The notes under the pieces: model-generated | What the model was told of the DNA's origin: nothing | Seen by the model: only the letters and a program-made list of their open reading frames with translations | Database searches by the model: none | Program-made: the position numbers and the translations under genes | NCBI GenBank assembly: GCA_964016885.1 | Contig: OZ024746.1 | Span: 43,276,001 to 43,340,000, forward strand | DNA from: Eledone cirrhosa | Lineage: Eukaryota | Length of the DNA stretch: 64,000 nt | Direction: 5' to 3' | Part shown: in pieces, positions 12,141 through 27,400 of the stretch | How positions within the stretch are numbered: the first letter of the stretch is position 1 | Layout of the letters: every line of letters starts with the position of its first letter

Positions 12141-15124
12141 GCAGATCTATTGTGAATTGTTAAAGCATTTGATGGAGATTGCAATATATTCTTCAAACAG
12201 GCCCCTAAACGAAGCATGATACAGTATGAATGTCTTTACTTTCTCTGTCCATATTGCAGTGTTTTGGTCCCTTCATTCGCACCTAACACCAATTTGGTAC
12301 TTTTCTCAGATCTGCGAAGACTAGGTTTTTTTTTAGAGGTGTCCTTTACTTGCCTCGCCGTAGCTACATCGTTGGGTTATGAGGGTTTTCTTGGGAGCTA
12401 AGTCTTATCCATTTCTCGATCTACCACAGTTGGATCGGGATTGTTTATTCATCACGAAGGAGCCCACTTATATTGCAACTATCATATCTGGTGGTTGTAT
12501 TGCTATCTCCACCTGCAACTCCTTCTCTAGCAGAACAGCTCTGCCAAAACTAAAAAAAAATAACTAAAATTTTTCATAGATATTTCTGACAATTTTTTAA
12601 TCTCGTTATTGAACAAACATTAACCAAATAATTTTACTTGAATAAAAATATGTGCAGTATAACTTGCTTTACAGGAGTTCTCTTATCATGAATATCTCCC
12701 TATTTTATCTTTATCATTATGTGGGCATCTAAGAATTGAAATAAATTTTATGTATTTCCTTTCTATGAAAGTATGTATTTTAAATGTCAATTGTAATCCT
12801 TTTCCTAAGTCTGTAATTGTATTTTTTAAATATAAATTGATTATTGTCTGAAAACTATGTCACAAGAACTGTGCATGCATGCACACAGGCTTGGATATAC
12901 ACACATACATAGATACACATGTACACATTCTAAGATAATTCAGAGATATTAAATTATAAAATAAATTTTCTTGAATCAATTATTCGATTAATATTTCTGA
13001 GATCCGTTTTTATTTTTTTGTTTTTTTTTAGTATCACTCTAAGAAATAATTATTTTGAATATTTAAAAGGGCAAATAAAATAAACAAAAAACAAATTAGT
13101 TCATTCTTTTAACAGCATTAACAAATTCAAACTCTGGGTTGTATATATTTACAATTAATCTGCTCAATGACAGGTTGATGCTTCTAGAACTAAAGAAATA
13201 AAGAAAACTAAAATATATTTATTTTATACACATTGATTCAAAATGATAAGCATTTCCCATTACTCACCAATGTTAATATTGGTTTATCTTTTTATCTTGA
13301 AACTATTAGTTTTTGAAACTATAAAGGAAATATTATTTATAGTGTATTTAATCAGCTAGTTTTTTGATGTACCAAACGAACATTTGTTATAGTGTTTGGT
13401 ACAGGAAAACATAAATAATTCATCTTTCTAGTAAAAATTTCATAAGCTCTAAAAGTTGTTTGACAATACTAAAAGCAGTCAGTTATTTCTTCATTTTTAT
13501 TATCTCACTTTCTTACAAACCTTTCTAAGTTGTAAACTTCATAACGTCACTTATCCTTCTTTGAATGAACTACTATTTAAGCAGCTTACCATTATTGCAC
13601 TATACTATACTATATGTTCATGATTACATTAAAGATATATCATGAACAAATAAAAGTGAGATAAATTCCTTTCTGACTAACTGATAAGACACGGGATGTT
13701 CAGAGACATTGACAAATTGAATAACATTTATATACTGTAAGTTCATTATCAAGAACCTTTTGAATGGATATAATTAATAGTTATCTTTATATATGCTGCA
13801 CCTTATGATTATATATACATACATGATAAACATTGAGCATTAAACAAAGGGAACACAGCTCACTACAAAAATAAGATAATCAGGGAGAAATATATTTTAG
13901 AAGATTTGCAATAATATAGGCAGCAACCAATGAAAACAATCACATCAAAGGCAGGATTTTTAACGAAAATAGAAATAAACAAATTTATAATACTATACGA
14001 TGATATTATTTTTTAAAATGTGTTGAAATCCTTCTATTATAAATAAACTTTAATGATTTAGGGGGAAACTAAAGAAGCTATAAAGGCAATACATAAAAAA
14101 AACTCTTTTATAAAAGATATTTTATATTTAATTTCAAAATATTCTTTCAGCTTACAGTTTTAACAAAATAGTAAAATCATTAAAATGTTCACCTTCACTG
14201 ACTCAAAAAACTCTTAAATAGCAATCATTATGCAAGCACATCTATTATCATATAGTTAACAACTGATTATACATTTCTTTGTTACATTAGTCTACTATTT
14301 CACGTTAACCATTTTACTGCTGTATAAGCCAGGCATAGCTGGAACATCAAATTCCTAAATTCCTTTCATATTTAGACATTTAAGTTATTTATTTGTAGAG
14401 ACATATATAACAAGATGATCAATTTTATCATATGATCAACCAGTCTTAGTGTTGAAATACTCTAAGGAAAAAAGATATCACAGAGATGGAAATCAACCTG
14501 ATTAATTTCAACTATTTGGTCTCAAAAATATGCTAAATACTTGAGCATATGAAATAGTTTAAACTCATGAATAGACACAAACTTCAAATTGCAATTAAGA
14601 AGAGGGAAATTAGAAAATATCTCAAATGCTAATGACACAGAGGCTATTAGAATATGAATAATGTTTGATAAAGCATATTATTCTACTTTTTATGTCAAAG
14701 TATGAATCATTGGATATAACGCCACACAAATAAAGTCAAAATATTATCAGTGCTTTTAAAATGTATAAAGAAGTTGAATGTAATGCAATTTGAAAAAATT
14801 AAAAGTTAAATCAATGTATGATTTGGTGATTATGTACCTTTATGGTAACCAAGTAAAAGATCTCTAAGAATTATTTTCATAGTCAAATGTACATTTATTT
14901 GTGCAGTCACACAATTGTAAATATTGAGTTCAAAAAGAAAGTGCCAAGTTTGACATGTCTCATGTTAGATAAATATTTTATAACGTTAGATGCAGTAGTA
15001 TAAAAACTTTATACAATATTACATAATACATACATTAGACTGTTTTTGACATTGTGTATTTGGGTAGAAAGTATGTGTGTGTAGTTGTTTACCTCATTGG
15101 GTTCTATGAATATGGAGAAATAAA

Positions 15125-15659
15125 GGTTGTTGAGATGACACAGGACAGTGATCTCTGGCACTATGCAGTAATACAGAAGACCTACCTTCCGATTATGCAG
15201 GGGTTGACGCATACATCTAGCATGTGACTCCTTCCCTTCCATCACCCCACCCATACATCTCACATAACACACCACCTACCTCCTAACACTCCACCCCTAG
15301 ATCTAACCCCAATCCCCATACTCCTCCCCCACCCACACTATAAAGTGGTTATCTTGGAGGCATGACGAACAGTGTCCAGCCCATACTCTAAAGTGGTCGT
15401 GTGGGTGTCATGACAAAAATCACCCAGCCCATACTGTAAAATGGTAGTGTTAGTGACACGATAAAAAGTGTCCAATCCATACTGTAAATATGGTTGGCAT
15501 TAAGAAGAGCATCCAGCCACAGAAACCAAGCCAACATCAGTTCTGTGTGTGCAAAACACAGTGATCCAGCCTAGTTTGTCTCACAAGGGGACAGCTTGTC
15601 TAGCCCATGCTAGCATGGAAAATGGACGTTAAATGATGATGATGATGATGATGATGATG
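15125..15659 (+). mobile_element. RTE LINE 3' end with repeated 3'UTR units and (GAT)n tail
   Basis: MTQDSDLWHYAVIQKT matches the RTE C-terminus; repeated CCAGCCCATACTGTAAA units; AAGAAGAGCATCCAGCC; (GAT)n. Confidence 0.8.
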
Positions 15660-15978
15660 TATATATATATATATACATATATGTAACTAATCAACCTGAT
15701 CTATGATTGAATCAAACACAAACATTATGTACTGAATTTGATATAGTCTAAATTTGTCCATCTATCCCAAAACCTCAACTAAGATATACTACAAGTGGCA
15801 ATTATATAAATATCATAAATCTAAGGAAAACTCTGGTCTTTGATTAAGATTCTGCATGGGTTTAAAACTCATATTCCATATCTTCAATCGACATCAGTAT
15901 GCAGTTGATTGAATGCACATAAATATAAAATCCTATTATATATTTCAGAAATATTCAATAATAAATTAGCAGCATTAT

Positions 15979-16157
15979 TTGGCAGTATCGGTAGAGGGTC
16001 GGACGCCATGCTTTCCAGCATAGTTACGTCCCTTTACGATCTGAGTTCAAATCCCGCCGAGGTTGACTTTGCCTTTCATCCTTACGGGGTCGATAAAATA
16101 AAGTACCAGTAATGCACTGGGTAATTGCTGGCCTTGTGCCTAAAGTAGAAACAATTA
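15979..16157 (+). mobile_element. tRNA-derived SINE family B
   Basis: B-box-like GAGTTCAAATCCC, body GACTTTGCCTTTCATCCTTACGGGGTCGATAAAATAAAGTACCAG; multiple near-identical copies in the window. Confidence 0.85.
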
Positions 16158-16553
16158 TATACAGGGATGATGAGTTGGCTACATCTCACCTACAGAAAAG
16201 TACAAGCCTTATAGAAAGCTTAATGAAATTCTTATATATATTAATAAATATTTCTGTGATTCACACATAGCTGTTAAAACCCTGATTAAAACAAAGCACT
16301 AAAAGCTAGTGGATTTAAAGATGAGATCACATAGAGACTTCCCCGCTTTACCCAATAGCTCAAAGAAATACTGCAATATTATTGAACTCACACATGAAAT
16401 GCTTTACATGCTACAAACTTCCCACACAAAAGAAATACAAATTTCTTAACAAGCCAAAATTGCAGTTTCTTTCCCTACTCACTGCTATAGACCCAACACA
16501 TTCTGGGGAATCTATGACTGTGTTTATAGCAACCCCCTAGATATACATACACA

Positions 16554-16556
<3 letters not shown>

Positions 16557-16618
<62 letters not shown>
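16557..16618. repeat. (AT)n microsatellite
   Basis: About 31 perfect AT units. Confidence 0.98.
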
Positions 16619-16621
<3 letters not shown>

Positions 16622-17063
16622 GGTTTGAGGTTCACCACTGTATAGAGCTGGTCTATTCCGTATGGTCAATCGTAATGCAATAATATAGAGAGTACTCAAC
16701 GTAAAGCAGTTCAACCGTCTTTGTTTTTGTAGTTGGTGGTGCTATTACGGAGTTAAATATTATAATGAAATGACAGGAGGCTGGATTTGTGTAAATCCTT
16801 GAAAGGTTTATTATACTATATATATATATATATATATGGGATAACAAGTTATCGTTTAAGGTAATCCAGTTAGAGGTTGTGAGTACTCTGTACTATGGAC
16901 TATATATATAACACTTTATAATATAACCATACTCTACTACCCCAAGTATCAAGTACTCTGTTGAGTAATGGTCTAACCAGTTTCAACCTGAATCCATCAT
17001 GATTTATATATATATGTGTATTTGTGTGTGTGTATTTAAATATATATATATATATATATATAT

Positions 17064-18074
17064 CACAAAATACTAGCTCTTTCAACTGCGCAGAGGGTTC
17101 TATAGAAATAGTGGACAGCTTCCGTTACCTGGGTGACAAAATCAGCAGTGGGGGAGGGTGCTCTGAAAGTACAGTAGCTAGAGTCAGAACTGGGTGGAAA
17201 AAGTTCAGAGAGCTTATACCGCTATTAGCCGCTAAAGGGTTCTCCCTAAAAATGAAAGGCAGGTTGTACGATGCCTGCATACGAACAGCAATGTTGCATG
17301 GCAGTGAGACCTGGGCATTGTGTGCAGAGGATATACGCAGACTAGAGAGAAACGAAGCTTGCATGCTCCACTGGATGTGTAATAGTAATATACGTGAATG
17401 ACAAAGCATAAACGAACTAAGGAAAAAATTAGAAATAAGAGGGATCAGATGTTGTTTACTCGAGAGAAGGCTACGTTGGTATGGTCACGTGATGCGCATG
17501 AAGGACGATAGCTGTATAACAAAGTGCAGGGCAATAAAGATAGACGATAGCCACGGAATAGGCAGACCCAGAAAAACCTGGGACGAGCTGATAAACTCTG
17601 ACCTCACACACTTACACCTCACCAAGACAATGTCACTGGACCGAGACCTTTGGCGGTACTCAGTAATAGAGAAGACCCGCCTTACCTAAATACAAAGTAA
17701 AACCTACTACAGTCAGTAGGCATCTCTAACAAAATGCACCCCCGTCCCACCCCATCCACACCGCCCCCTTCTATGTAAAGTTATGTTGGTGCCACACCAT
17801 CCAGGCCGAAACAAATGAGATCGTGTAGGTGTCACGACAAAAAAACACACAGTCCACGCTGTAATGTGGCCGTGTAGGCAACACGGTAAAAACCTCCCAG
17901 ACCCACACTGTAAATGTGGTTGGTGTTAGGAAGGGCATCCAACTGTAGAAAACCTGCCAGACAGTCCTATGCGAGCAAGACAATCACTCTTGCCTCAAGT
18001 GGGAAAACCCCCGTCCAAACCCATGCAAGCGTGGAACACGGACGTTAAACGTTGATGATGATGATGATGATGAT
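17064..18074 (+). mobile_element. 5'-truncated RTE (BovB-like) LINE
   Basis: VDSFRYLGDKISSGGGCSES...GRLYDACIRTAMLHGSETW and GRPRKTWDE...DRDLWR; long 3'UTR; (GAT)n tail; internal stop. Confidence 0.92.
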
Positions 18075-18674
18075 ATATATATATATATACTCTTAAAAAA
18101 CGATAATTGTTTTTATACAACTAACATTCTAATATATAATATTACAAATTAATTATTCTTAGTGATGTGCTTCAACAAAATTTACAATTTCACATTCAAT
18201 AAATATTCTCTTTGAAATATATGTCATTAAACTTCCATTAATTATGTAAAATATTAATATTCTATGATTGAGTGTCATCTAACAAAGCAATTAAGTTGAT
18301 TGACCAGAGAATTTCAGCCTTGCCAAAAGGTTTGGCATTTTGCTTCTAGCAAATGCACATCATTCTCTATTTACCTCAGACTGTTAAAATAAATGAAATA
18401 GCTGTGTTATTGTTAATAGAAAGGCAATTTAGCTGTAACTAATAAAAGTTGAATAACTATTGTACTGTGGAGAAACAGATGTGAAAATATTGAAATCCTT
18501 TTATTATTGGCAATGCTCCGAATCTTTAACCATTTAAATTTTGTTGAAGTGTCTAATATATCTGAAAGGTAAGAAATGTTTACCATTCCATCATTTCAGG
18601 TTATTCATGTAATTAACCATATCATGCTTGGATATTTTCTAAAATATTTACAAAAATATTTTTTCTGATTGGTC

Positions 18675-19000
18675 CCTCTTCTTCTGTACGTACTTGTTTC
18701 TGGAAGGGTTGTGGGAGCAGAGTCCACAAGTACACCCTCCAGTGAATCCTGTCTAAAGCAACTGTCTCCGAGTGATCCAGCAGGATTCCAAATCAAGACC
18801 AGTTAAACTCATGAATGTTATCCACCAATCAGAGTCTAACCATGGGTCTTTGCCAGTAGGTTTTGTCTTAAATCTCTCCAGCGATAGTTTTCTTAGAGAT
18901 AGTAACCACATGCAACTAGTATTGGAACTATGATCTCTCAATTTGGAGAAGTAGCAGCTCCACCTGGTTTGACTCTCTGATCACTGAAATACACATGCTA
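18675..19000 (-). mobile_element. 3' end of Expander-like RTE LINE
   Basis: Homologous to 9780-10080 (GTGGGAGCAGAGTCC...CCTGTC.AAAGCAACTG). Confidence 0.8.
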
Positions 19001-20698
19001 TCCATTCATTTAATTTTTATATGAAAAGGAATCTTGCTTCATATTTCCATTTATTTAGAAGAATAAATCAAAGTTAAATTTCAACTGCAGAATCATATTT
19101 AGTTCACATGTATTTCTTAGTTACAAAGATTATAACATTTGTAGAATTTCAATCACAACTACATATGTCTATCAACTAAATATTAAAATGCCATTTGGTT
19201 AAGGTAGAAAACAAGATATAATTACTTGGGAAAATCAAGGTAGAATGATAAGAGAGCATAGTGATAGAGGGGAGGGTAGAATGTTGAATGAACAGTTCAT
19301 TTTCCCCAGCTATGGTTGTGGTATCTAATTGTGGGATGGTCTGAAGAAAAATGCCAAATGTCAAGTGTAGATAAATATACTCACACACATGCACAGAGTC
19401 ACTCGTTGTGTGTGGCTGTAATTGGATCAAAGAGAATATGGCTTGAATAGAGAAGGTTTTGAAAACATTTGAAGTATAGAAATATTGTTTTGTTGAAAAC
19501 TATTTGATATTCAACTTAAATTTGAATTATAAATAAAATTCCATTAGTATATTATGACTTGAATTTGGTTTCCTATTTAATTTTCATTTTACATGCAATA
19601 TGAAATCTTTTGAAAATAATCGTATAGATTTACTTTTAGTTTTATTCAAATTGTGATTCTAATTTTATTTTTATTTCATCTTTTTTATTTTCATCTTCCA
19701 ACCAAAATATGAATATGTTCTGAAAGCAACATTTACTTGTTGTTCAGACCTAGCATAGAATTCCATTAATAAACAATGAAAAAAAACTGAAACATGTGTT
19801 TGTCTAATCTAGATGAAATGTAATAATAAAATATTGCTGTTTTTATCTTCTGAGGTCCCTGTATATTTCTTAAGTTTATGGATCTCTAATTAAAAAAGTT
19901 CCTCTCCAAAGCACAAGTCTAAGCAAGGATTTTGTGGAAGACAAGCAGTTATCTATACATATAAGTCTCTCATTTCCACACCAGGGATATTGTTCAAGGT
20001 TTAGGCAAAGGTAAATATTGTTTAACACACAAGTAGTCATAGACATAGCTGCCAGGACTGATACTATAAGGCATCCTGTCTAATGCTTTAACAATCTGGT
20101 CAAGCTACTGGTATTCTATTTATCGTCTCTGGGAAGTTAAAAGATGAAGCTGATATCAGTGGAATTCGAGGTTAGAGCCCAGAGAGTTGGGACAAATATA
20201 AATAATGGTATTAATAAAAAATAAAGAAACTAAAGAAGAATGAGAGTAATTTCAAGTTATGTGGGACTACAACACTTCTTATTAATAACAGCATCGTTTC
20301 TTTCTAGGGACTATGTTGAAAAATAAACCTCCATTGGTCATTCTATGAAAGTATTGTGGTCAGTCTATTAATTTTTTTCCTGCCCCTTTTATCTTGATCA
20401 TAATCACAGAAAAACACATGGCTGTTGAGCATGGTGTAAAGCAAAAAGCCTTTTTGCCAACCAATATAGCCAACACATATATATAGTTATATAATTAAAA
20501 ATCAAATACCTTTTCTTAGTTACATAGTAAACAAACTTCTTTATATATTTTCCTCTGATTGGCTTAAATAGCATTTATGTAAGTAAAGAAATTATTCAGT
20601 AAATCTAGAGAGGAAAAAATGTTTTCTTCAATTTAATATGGAAATTCAATTTCAACAATATTTCAATTTCTATATTAATGTAATTATATATATTTTGA

Positions 20699-20877
20699 TT
20701 GGCAGTATAGGTAGAGAGTCGGATGCCATGCTTTCCAGCATAGTTATGTCCCTTTACGATCTGAGTTCAAATCTCGCCGAGGTTAACTTTGCCTTTCATC
20801 CTTACGGGGTCGATAAAATAAAGTACCAGTAATGTACTGGGTAATTGCTGGCCTTGTGTCAAATGTAGAAACAATTA
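20699..20877 (+). mobile_element. SINE family B
   Basis: Near-identical to 15979-16157. Confidence 0.85.
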
Positions 20878-21834
20878 TATATATTATTACATATTATAAA
20901 TAGAAAGATTGCATTAATAAAGTTAAAGTGAAAATTATGTGATGGTTGAAACATAAAATCCCTTCAAAGCTCACTATTTTAATAAAATATTGATTAGAAA
21001 TATAAACATAAGTGTCTTTTAAAAATTTTAGTTTAATAAAATTTGTGTTTCAAACCAACATTTATCAAATTTATGAAAATAGTTTTCATCAAACCTAATA
21101 TATTGGATTAATTCAGATATGTGGAGTAAAAAATTGTGTGACAGATAAAATCTACCTTCATGTAATGTTGGCATATTTTGTTACTTTGTAAATTACTATT
21201 GATTAATCATTGAAAAATATTCTATGCCACTCAGAAATTTTCATTTCTTTTAAATGTTTTCAAGTGCAACCATTTGTACTTCACCTTGCTGCCCTTTTGA
21301 AGAGGATACTTTTATCCGTATTTCCTCTTAAAGATTGAACTATGCATGAATTAACCATTATTACAGAAATTACATCTCAAAAACTCGTGATCACTTTTTT
21401 AATGATTAAACACTTGCACACACGTGGACACACACAAATAAAACAGTATATCAATAGATTATCAACATAAAGAAGTAGTTCACTATCGCAGTAAATTTTG
21501 ATGGATTGGTTGAGTATTATATGCCTGCTCTACTGAAATGGGAAATAGCTAAAATATATTGCAATTTAATTTATCAAAATCAATTGTATTTTGATAATTT
21601 TTTATACTTTTATGAATTCTTTATATACCATTATCTCAAGAGAAAAATATGTACTTGTAATTTACATATTTTGGTTTGAAAAACTGTGATATATATTGCT
21701 TCTTCAAAATTTACTCCACTTTATAAAGAACTGTTCTTCATCCAAATCAAATTCAAAAATATATAAAACATCTGGAAAAGTATGGATCAATATACGAAAT
21801 ACATATTTTGCACAATAACATTTAAGATAAGACT

Positions 21835-22075
21835 AAGAGACCCCGTTTGGTCATGAATGACAATGGAATCTACACCTGGAAAGTACCCCTCCAAGGCACA
21901 AGCCTGCGAAAGGTGATTTTGTGGAAGACCAGCAGTCGTCCATTCCAATGATGTCTAAGACAGAGACTGATACAGCTTGACACCAGTGATGTCGCAACTA
22001 ATTTCTACAGCTGAGTGAACTGGAGCAATGTGAAATAATGTGTCTTGCTCAAGGACACAACACATTGCCCACTCT
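21835..22075 (-). mobile_element. CORE-SINE fragment with an alternative 3' tail
   Basis: TTCTACAGCTGAGTGAACTGGAGCAATGTGAAATAATGTGTCTTGCTCAAGGACACAACAC is the reverse complement of the CORE-like domain at 51850-51920; tail differs and resembles 19890-19960. Confidence 0.7.
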
Positions 22076-24199
22076 GAAAACCTGGCACAAATTCATACAA
22101 CAGAATGGACTCTGCTTATGGCAACGTAGACTCAGGTGCTGATGTTAAAACCATGCAATGAATTAAGTCTACCATTCATTGACAGGTTTAATATCAGAAT
22201 ACAAAGAACTGGAACAAACACCACATGGTATCCCGTCTGACACTAACACTTCCAGCAGTCCACTGTCTAACACTGGTAGTTTATTTATTGCCCCAAGAAA
22301 GATTAAAATCAAAGTTAACCTCAACAGAATTTGAACTCAGAACGCAAGCGGCCAGAATAAATATTCCAAAACATTTTTTGAACACTCTAAAGAATCTTCC
22401 AATATGTCTCTATATACCTGAGTATTTGATTCCACTAACATAATGGTGAATAACATTTATTTGTGAATTTATTTGTGAATTTATTTATAATTGGTAAACT
22501 ATGATTTAGAATATACTAGTTTCATGTTAAATATTATTTACAGTGACATTAGATGTTCAATGGAATACAAAATTAGAAGTTAGAATGCATGTATATGAAA
22601 GAACATGAAAATCATTCAAGAATCCTACACATTACACATCACTAAATACTTTGTCAATATACGAGATAGCAATTTATCTGAAGGGCTATAGAGTCAAACA
22701 CTATAAGTAAACAATTTGCTGGAAATAGATTTCTGTCTCAGCTATATTGATTTCTCTGATTATAAAATCATGAAACATTTTAGTATTATGTAACTAGTAC
22801 TACCATATAAATTCATCTGCTAGTCTGATTAGAGTAGGCAGAAGCAAAATCTCTAAGTGGATATTATTGTATTGCTCTTCTCTATGAAATTTCTTTGAGG
22901 CATTTCAGTGTGTATTTAGGCAATATACTTCTAATTGCCTGAGACCGACTGTAAATGTTGCCTTAGATCAGGGAGGAACAGCTACTGGCTGTTATGACCC
23001 ATGTTTGATTTTTTGTTTTAATTTTACCCATGGTCCACATGTATATAACATATAAAAATTTGAAAGAGTCTGAGGATTACAGAAAGTATCTCAATGTTTC
23101 ATTTGTATGTCACAGCCCACCTGTTGCTGATAAATACCTTAAACAAGCATTTTATCTGAGAGGAAATCATCTTTCACTTAATGCCAAGAAATTGTATCTA
23201 ATACATAGCCAATAAGACATCCACTATAATTATATTCATTATGGACATTTTAAAGCATGAAAATAAATTGTTTCAAAGCAACATAAATGAGAGAGAACAG
23301 TTTAACTTTCAGTAAAAACTAACCATATCTGAGATTTTTAAAGACAGTTGTAGAAGTAAACTTATTTTAACTATGAAGAAATCTGGGCTGCCAACGTTGG
23401 TCAACAAAACATAGTATTAATAATTAACTAAGGGTTAACATGGTGATTTATATGTGCCTATACACACAAAATGCAGCTTGAAACATTTTGATTCGACGAG
23501 TTCTATATAGAAAAGGCAATTTACAATGAATTAGTGCTTCTACAGCTTTGAATGCACCTTTTTTGTGAACATGTATGTAAATGAAAGGTATAATCACTGA
23601 AAATCAGTGGGAAGATGGATATTTCATTTGATAACCGGATTGGGAAGGAATAGAAAAATGATAAATATCTCAAAACAAATTAATGAAAATCCAAATCTGA
23701 TAAGGTTTGCTACATCAATGCATATTTTTTTGTCAAATTTAAAACAAATTCATACTCAAATTTAAAGCATTTCATCATCATCATTTCTGTTTTAATATCA
23801 ATTTTATTACACCAAGTTTTGTTACTTAATTTCATTCATACTGAAAGTAAATTAAATTTACGTTCTCAATTTATTAAAGATTATTTTATAGGGCTTTTAA
23901 TTTGAAATTAAACAATATCATCATCAGTTACACATGCAATACTATTAACTGAAGCGAAACTACTGATGGTAAATGTAACTAAATAATTCATAAGTATTTT
24001 AGGAGTGGCTTAATTATTTCTGTTTAGTAAAAAAAGTAACAACAATGCACATATCCATTTTTAGGACCTCTAAGACTGATAAGAGTGAGGAAGAAAGGTA
24101 TGCTTAAACCAGAGACCTGGTTCAAATGCATGAAATAGGGTGGATTCTGCTAAAGGGACCCAATGGCTAGGTGGGGGTCTAAAAACAAGTGGCAAATTA

Positions 24200-24460
24200 A
24201 GTCTGCCATTCAAATAGGTAACAGCTAGATACGAACACAGAACGCAAAGAGCTAAAACAAATAAAATAATGTGTATTGCCTAATGCTCTAATAATTCAGC
24301 AAGTCTACTGCCTAGAACAAATAGTTATTTTATCGACCCCAAAAGGATGAAAGGCAAAGTTAACCACAGAAGATCCTGAACTAAGTGTGCTGAGTGCCAG
24401 AACAATACTGCCAGTCATTTTGTTCTATGCTCTAATGACTCTGCCAAATTGCTGCTAACA
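24200..24460 (-). mobile_element. Old SINE family B-related copies
   Basis: TTTTATCGACCCCAAAAGGATGAAAGGCAAAGTTAACC is the reverse complement of the SINE B body; similar old copies near 5180-5330, 8000-8130, 22270-22400, 55420-55620, 60230-60420. Confidence 0.65.
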
Positions 24461-27400
24461 GTAATAGGAAAATCACTATCTACAAAAAGATTATACTACA
24501 GCTAAGAACCACCACAAACCATAAACATACAACATGTATAATGGCATTCTAAGAAAATTGACTGTTAACAAGTTGAATTTGACAGTGAACCAACACATAC
24601 AATATGCTAAGTATAATGTTATAAAAGCCTAGCATCATAGATTTCAGTGATGTGGAATATGTACACTACTACAAATTATAGAGTACTTAAGACAAGATGG
24701 AAACTATTTGTTGCAACTGTAGTAGTAGATAATATTGTTACTTTGTTGAAGCTCATAATAGCATGCTGTCTTTGAACTGCAGTGTATAGAAAGAGGTTAG
24801 ACTTTAACATACAATTAGAAAAAAAAATCATTTTTAGATTCAACAAATAATTGTATGTTATATGTTTAAGTAATGTATTTCGGTTTTTCCTGCATTTTGC
24901 TTTCATTGTCATACTAGGGTAAGGAAACATGCTGCACTATGTAATTATAAGTAAAACACATAAAAAAGACAGCCTGAGGTAATTAGTCATTTTTATTATT
25001 GTAAAGCATTTTGAAGTTAAAGCCTGAAATATAATTAGGAAATGATGATTACGAATATAATGATGTTCATATGTAAGCAATTAAATGTACGTTACGTGAA
25101 AGAAGTGATGTGGAGATGTATACTTTTAAGCTCTTATAGATAGTTAATTAATATGTAATTGACAAAAATACATACTTTTAGATGAAAATGGATATAAATA
25201 TTGTAGTCAAGTTGAATGTTAGAATAATACAATTTAGTTTATTAGTCAATAACATGATAATTACTGCAGTCTCAAAATACCACACACTCTACACAGATGA
25301 GATGATGGACAGGTTTGTACGAATACAGTGGACACTCACATGATTGATGGTGAGAATGTTGTACCTACAGCAAAGCATTTCAGAGGTCAAATCTAGAGGC
25401 ATCAAGCAGAAGGCTTAGATAAAAGACAATAATTGAAATAATTGAAAGTGGCTTTATATTTTCAGTGGTGTAAGCCACATTAATATAAGCCTTACCCAAC
25501 AAAAATGGTAGTTTAACAAGGCAGAGATGACTTTCATCTAATAGATTATTTGTGAATCTAGATTAAAAGCACTTAGAATAGAAAACACTTAGACAGGAGA
25601 AAAGAAGTGTCTGGAATAATAAGTATGGATTTGTTGTTGACAATATTGTCATAAAGGATAACTGATTGTGTCTTTAAGAGTGATGGAACATGATCAAAGT
25701 ATGGACATTATCTGTTTTTGTTTTACGAATACACTCGTCCCTTTAGTTTTAATTCAAAGGGTGATTGCTAAGTATATAAAACCTGTGGCTTCTCTATATG
25801 CCATCTCCATCTGAACCTGATTATAAATCAGTAATTAAGAGATAATTGAAGTAAGATAATATATAAAACATACTCCTGCAATTCATTTGATGAGAGCAAA
25901 TAAAGGAATAATTATTGAAATAAAGGAAACATAGAAACCTTTGTAGGCTAATTTGACATCTTATCATTATCATTGAAACCCCAGAGCAAAAGTAAAAATA
26001 GCAATTATATAGATTATCATATTCTTATCTAAGTTAAGCAAGCTGGATCTAAATATTTACAAATATAGCATTGATCTTTAAATTCTTATTATTATAAGTA
26101 ATCTGTTTGAATTGGATAAAGGTGAACTTAAGTAGGTAATAGAGGCAAGAGGGATATTTGTGTTGTTGGAGTGAATATAACATAAAATAGTTGCAATGAA
26201 AGATAAAGTAAAAGTAAAATGAGATGATTATAGAGGAATGATGAATTAACAAATATAGTATGCATAGGAAAACAATTTTACTGATAAATGATACTGCCAT
26301 GTTTTACTGTATGTAGATTAAAAAGTTCAAACTTTTAATATAAACCTTGTAAAAAGGAGTGAAAAAGAATCCATGAACATCTTTTTGTTTCCTTATATAA
26401 AACTAAAACATATGAAATGATGTTCTGTTATCAGATAAAAAAAAAAGTACATGAATAAATAAATTGTAGAATCTTCAATGTTTTCGTTTAATTTCAAATA
26501 TGCTCAAAATGTTTAAAGTTTGATGAATGTACTAAATGAATAATGATTTTGTGCCTTTCATTTTGACATTGTTATGTGTGTAAAATTTGCTCACAGACTG
26601 AAAAGTAATCAAAGGGATTTCTTTTTATATTTAGTTAACATATGCAATTCAAGCATTGAGTATATACTTCAAAACAGTTCAGATATATGTCTTTTAGATA
26701 AATTAGTTTATGCCAATAAAGAAACCTATAGTGAAGAGTTGACAAAAGTTTAGAGGTGGAAATATTCTCATTTTGTATGAAAATATTCCCTTTCCTTACA
26801 AATATAAGCATTTGTAAAATAAATGCACTAGAACTACATGAATAATAATACCCAACGACCAGTGAAGTTGACTAAGCCATAGGTGTTTATGACAGTAAAA
26901 AAAACTGGACTTCATCTAAGAAGACAGCTGATGATGAATAAATATCCAATATATGCTAGTATGCCATTTAGAGTCAGAAAACTCTTTGAAAATCTACTAC
27001 TAAAATTTATATTTCTGGAAACAACTTAATGCTGCATTGGAATAGAATACTAAAAGACATTCCTGGTAGAAAAGAAAGTGGAATAGATATAGGCATTGAG
27101 CCACCATATTGAAAATACTTTTAATAATAAAACATTAGTTGTGAAATTGACTAAAATCTTAATGTTCAAAGGTTTTATCAATGCCATGCTGCATGAGAAT
27201 TCTATTGAATTTTTTCTAGCTGCTGCTTCAAAGAATGAAATTATTTTCATAGTAATATTGATCCTCAGGAATTTCATCAATTTTTATAAAATATCTCATT
27301 TATAAAGCATAAAACATTCAAATTATAGGGCACAACTTGCATCAGCTGCTTGCTCCTGAATTCTGCTTTAATATTTCTTTTTATATTCATGAAACTTTAC

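Noticed and set aside
13268-13318. Minus-strand exon candidate (TTTCCTTTATAG ... TTG|GTGAGT)
   Set aside because: Good splice signals but stops in all three frames; cannot be supported as coding, though a non-coding exon is not excluded
17678-17705. Minus-strand AG|GTAAGG with pyrimidine tract
   Set aside because: Lies within an RTE copy at its stop codon; weaker donor; likely incidental
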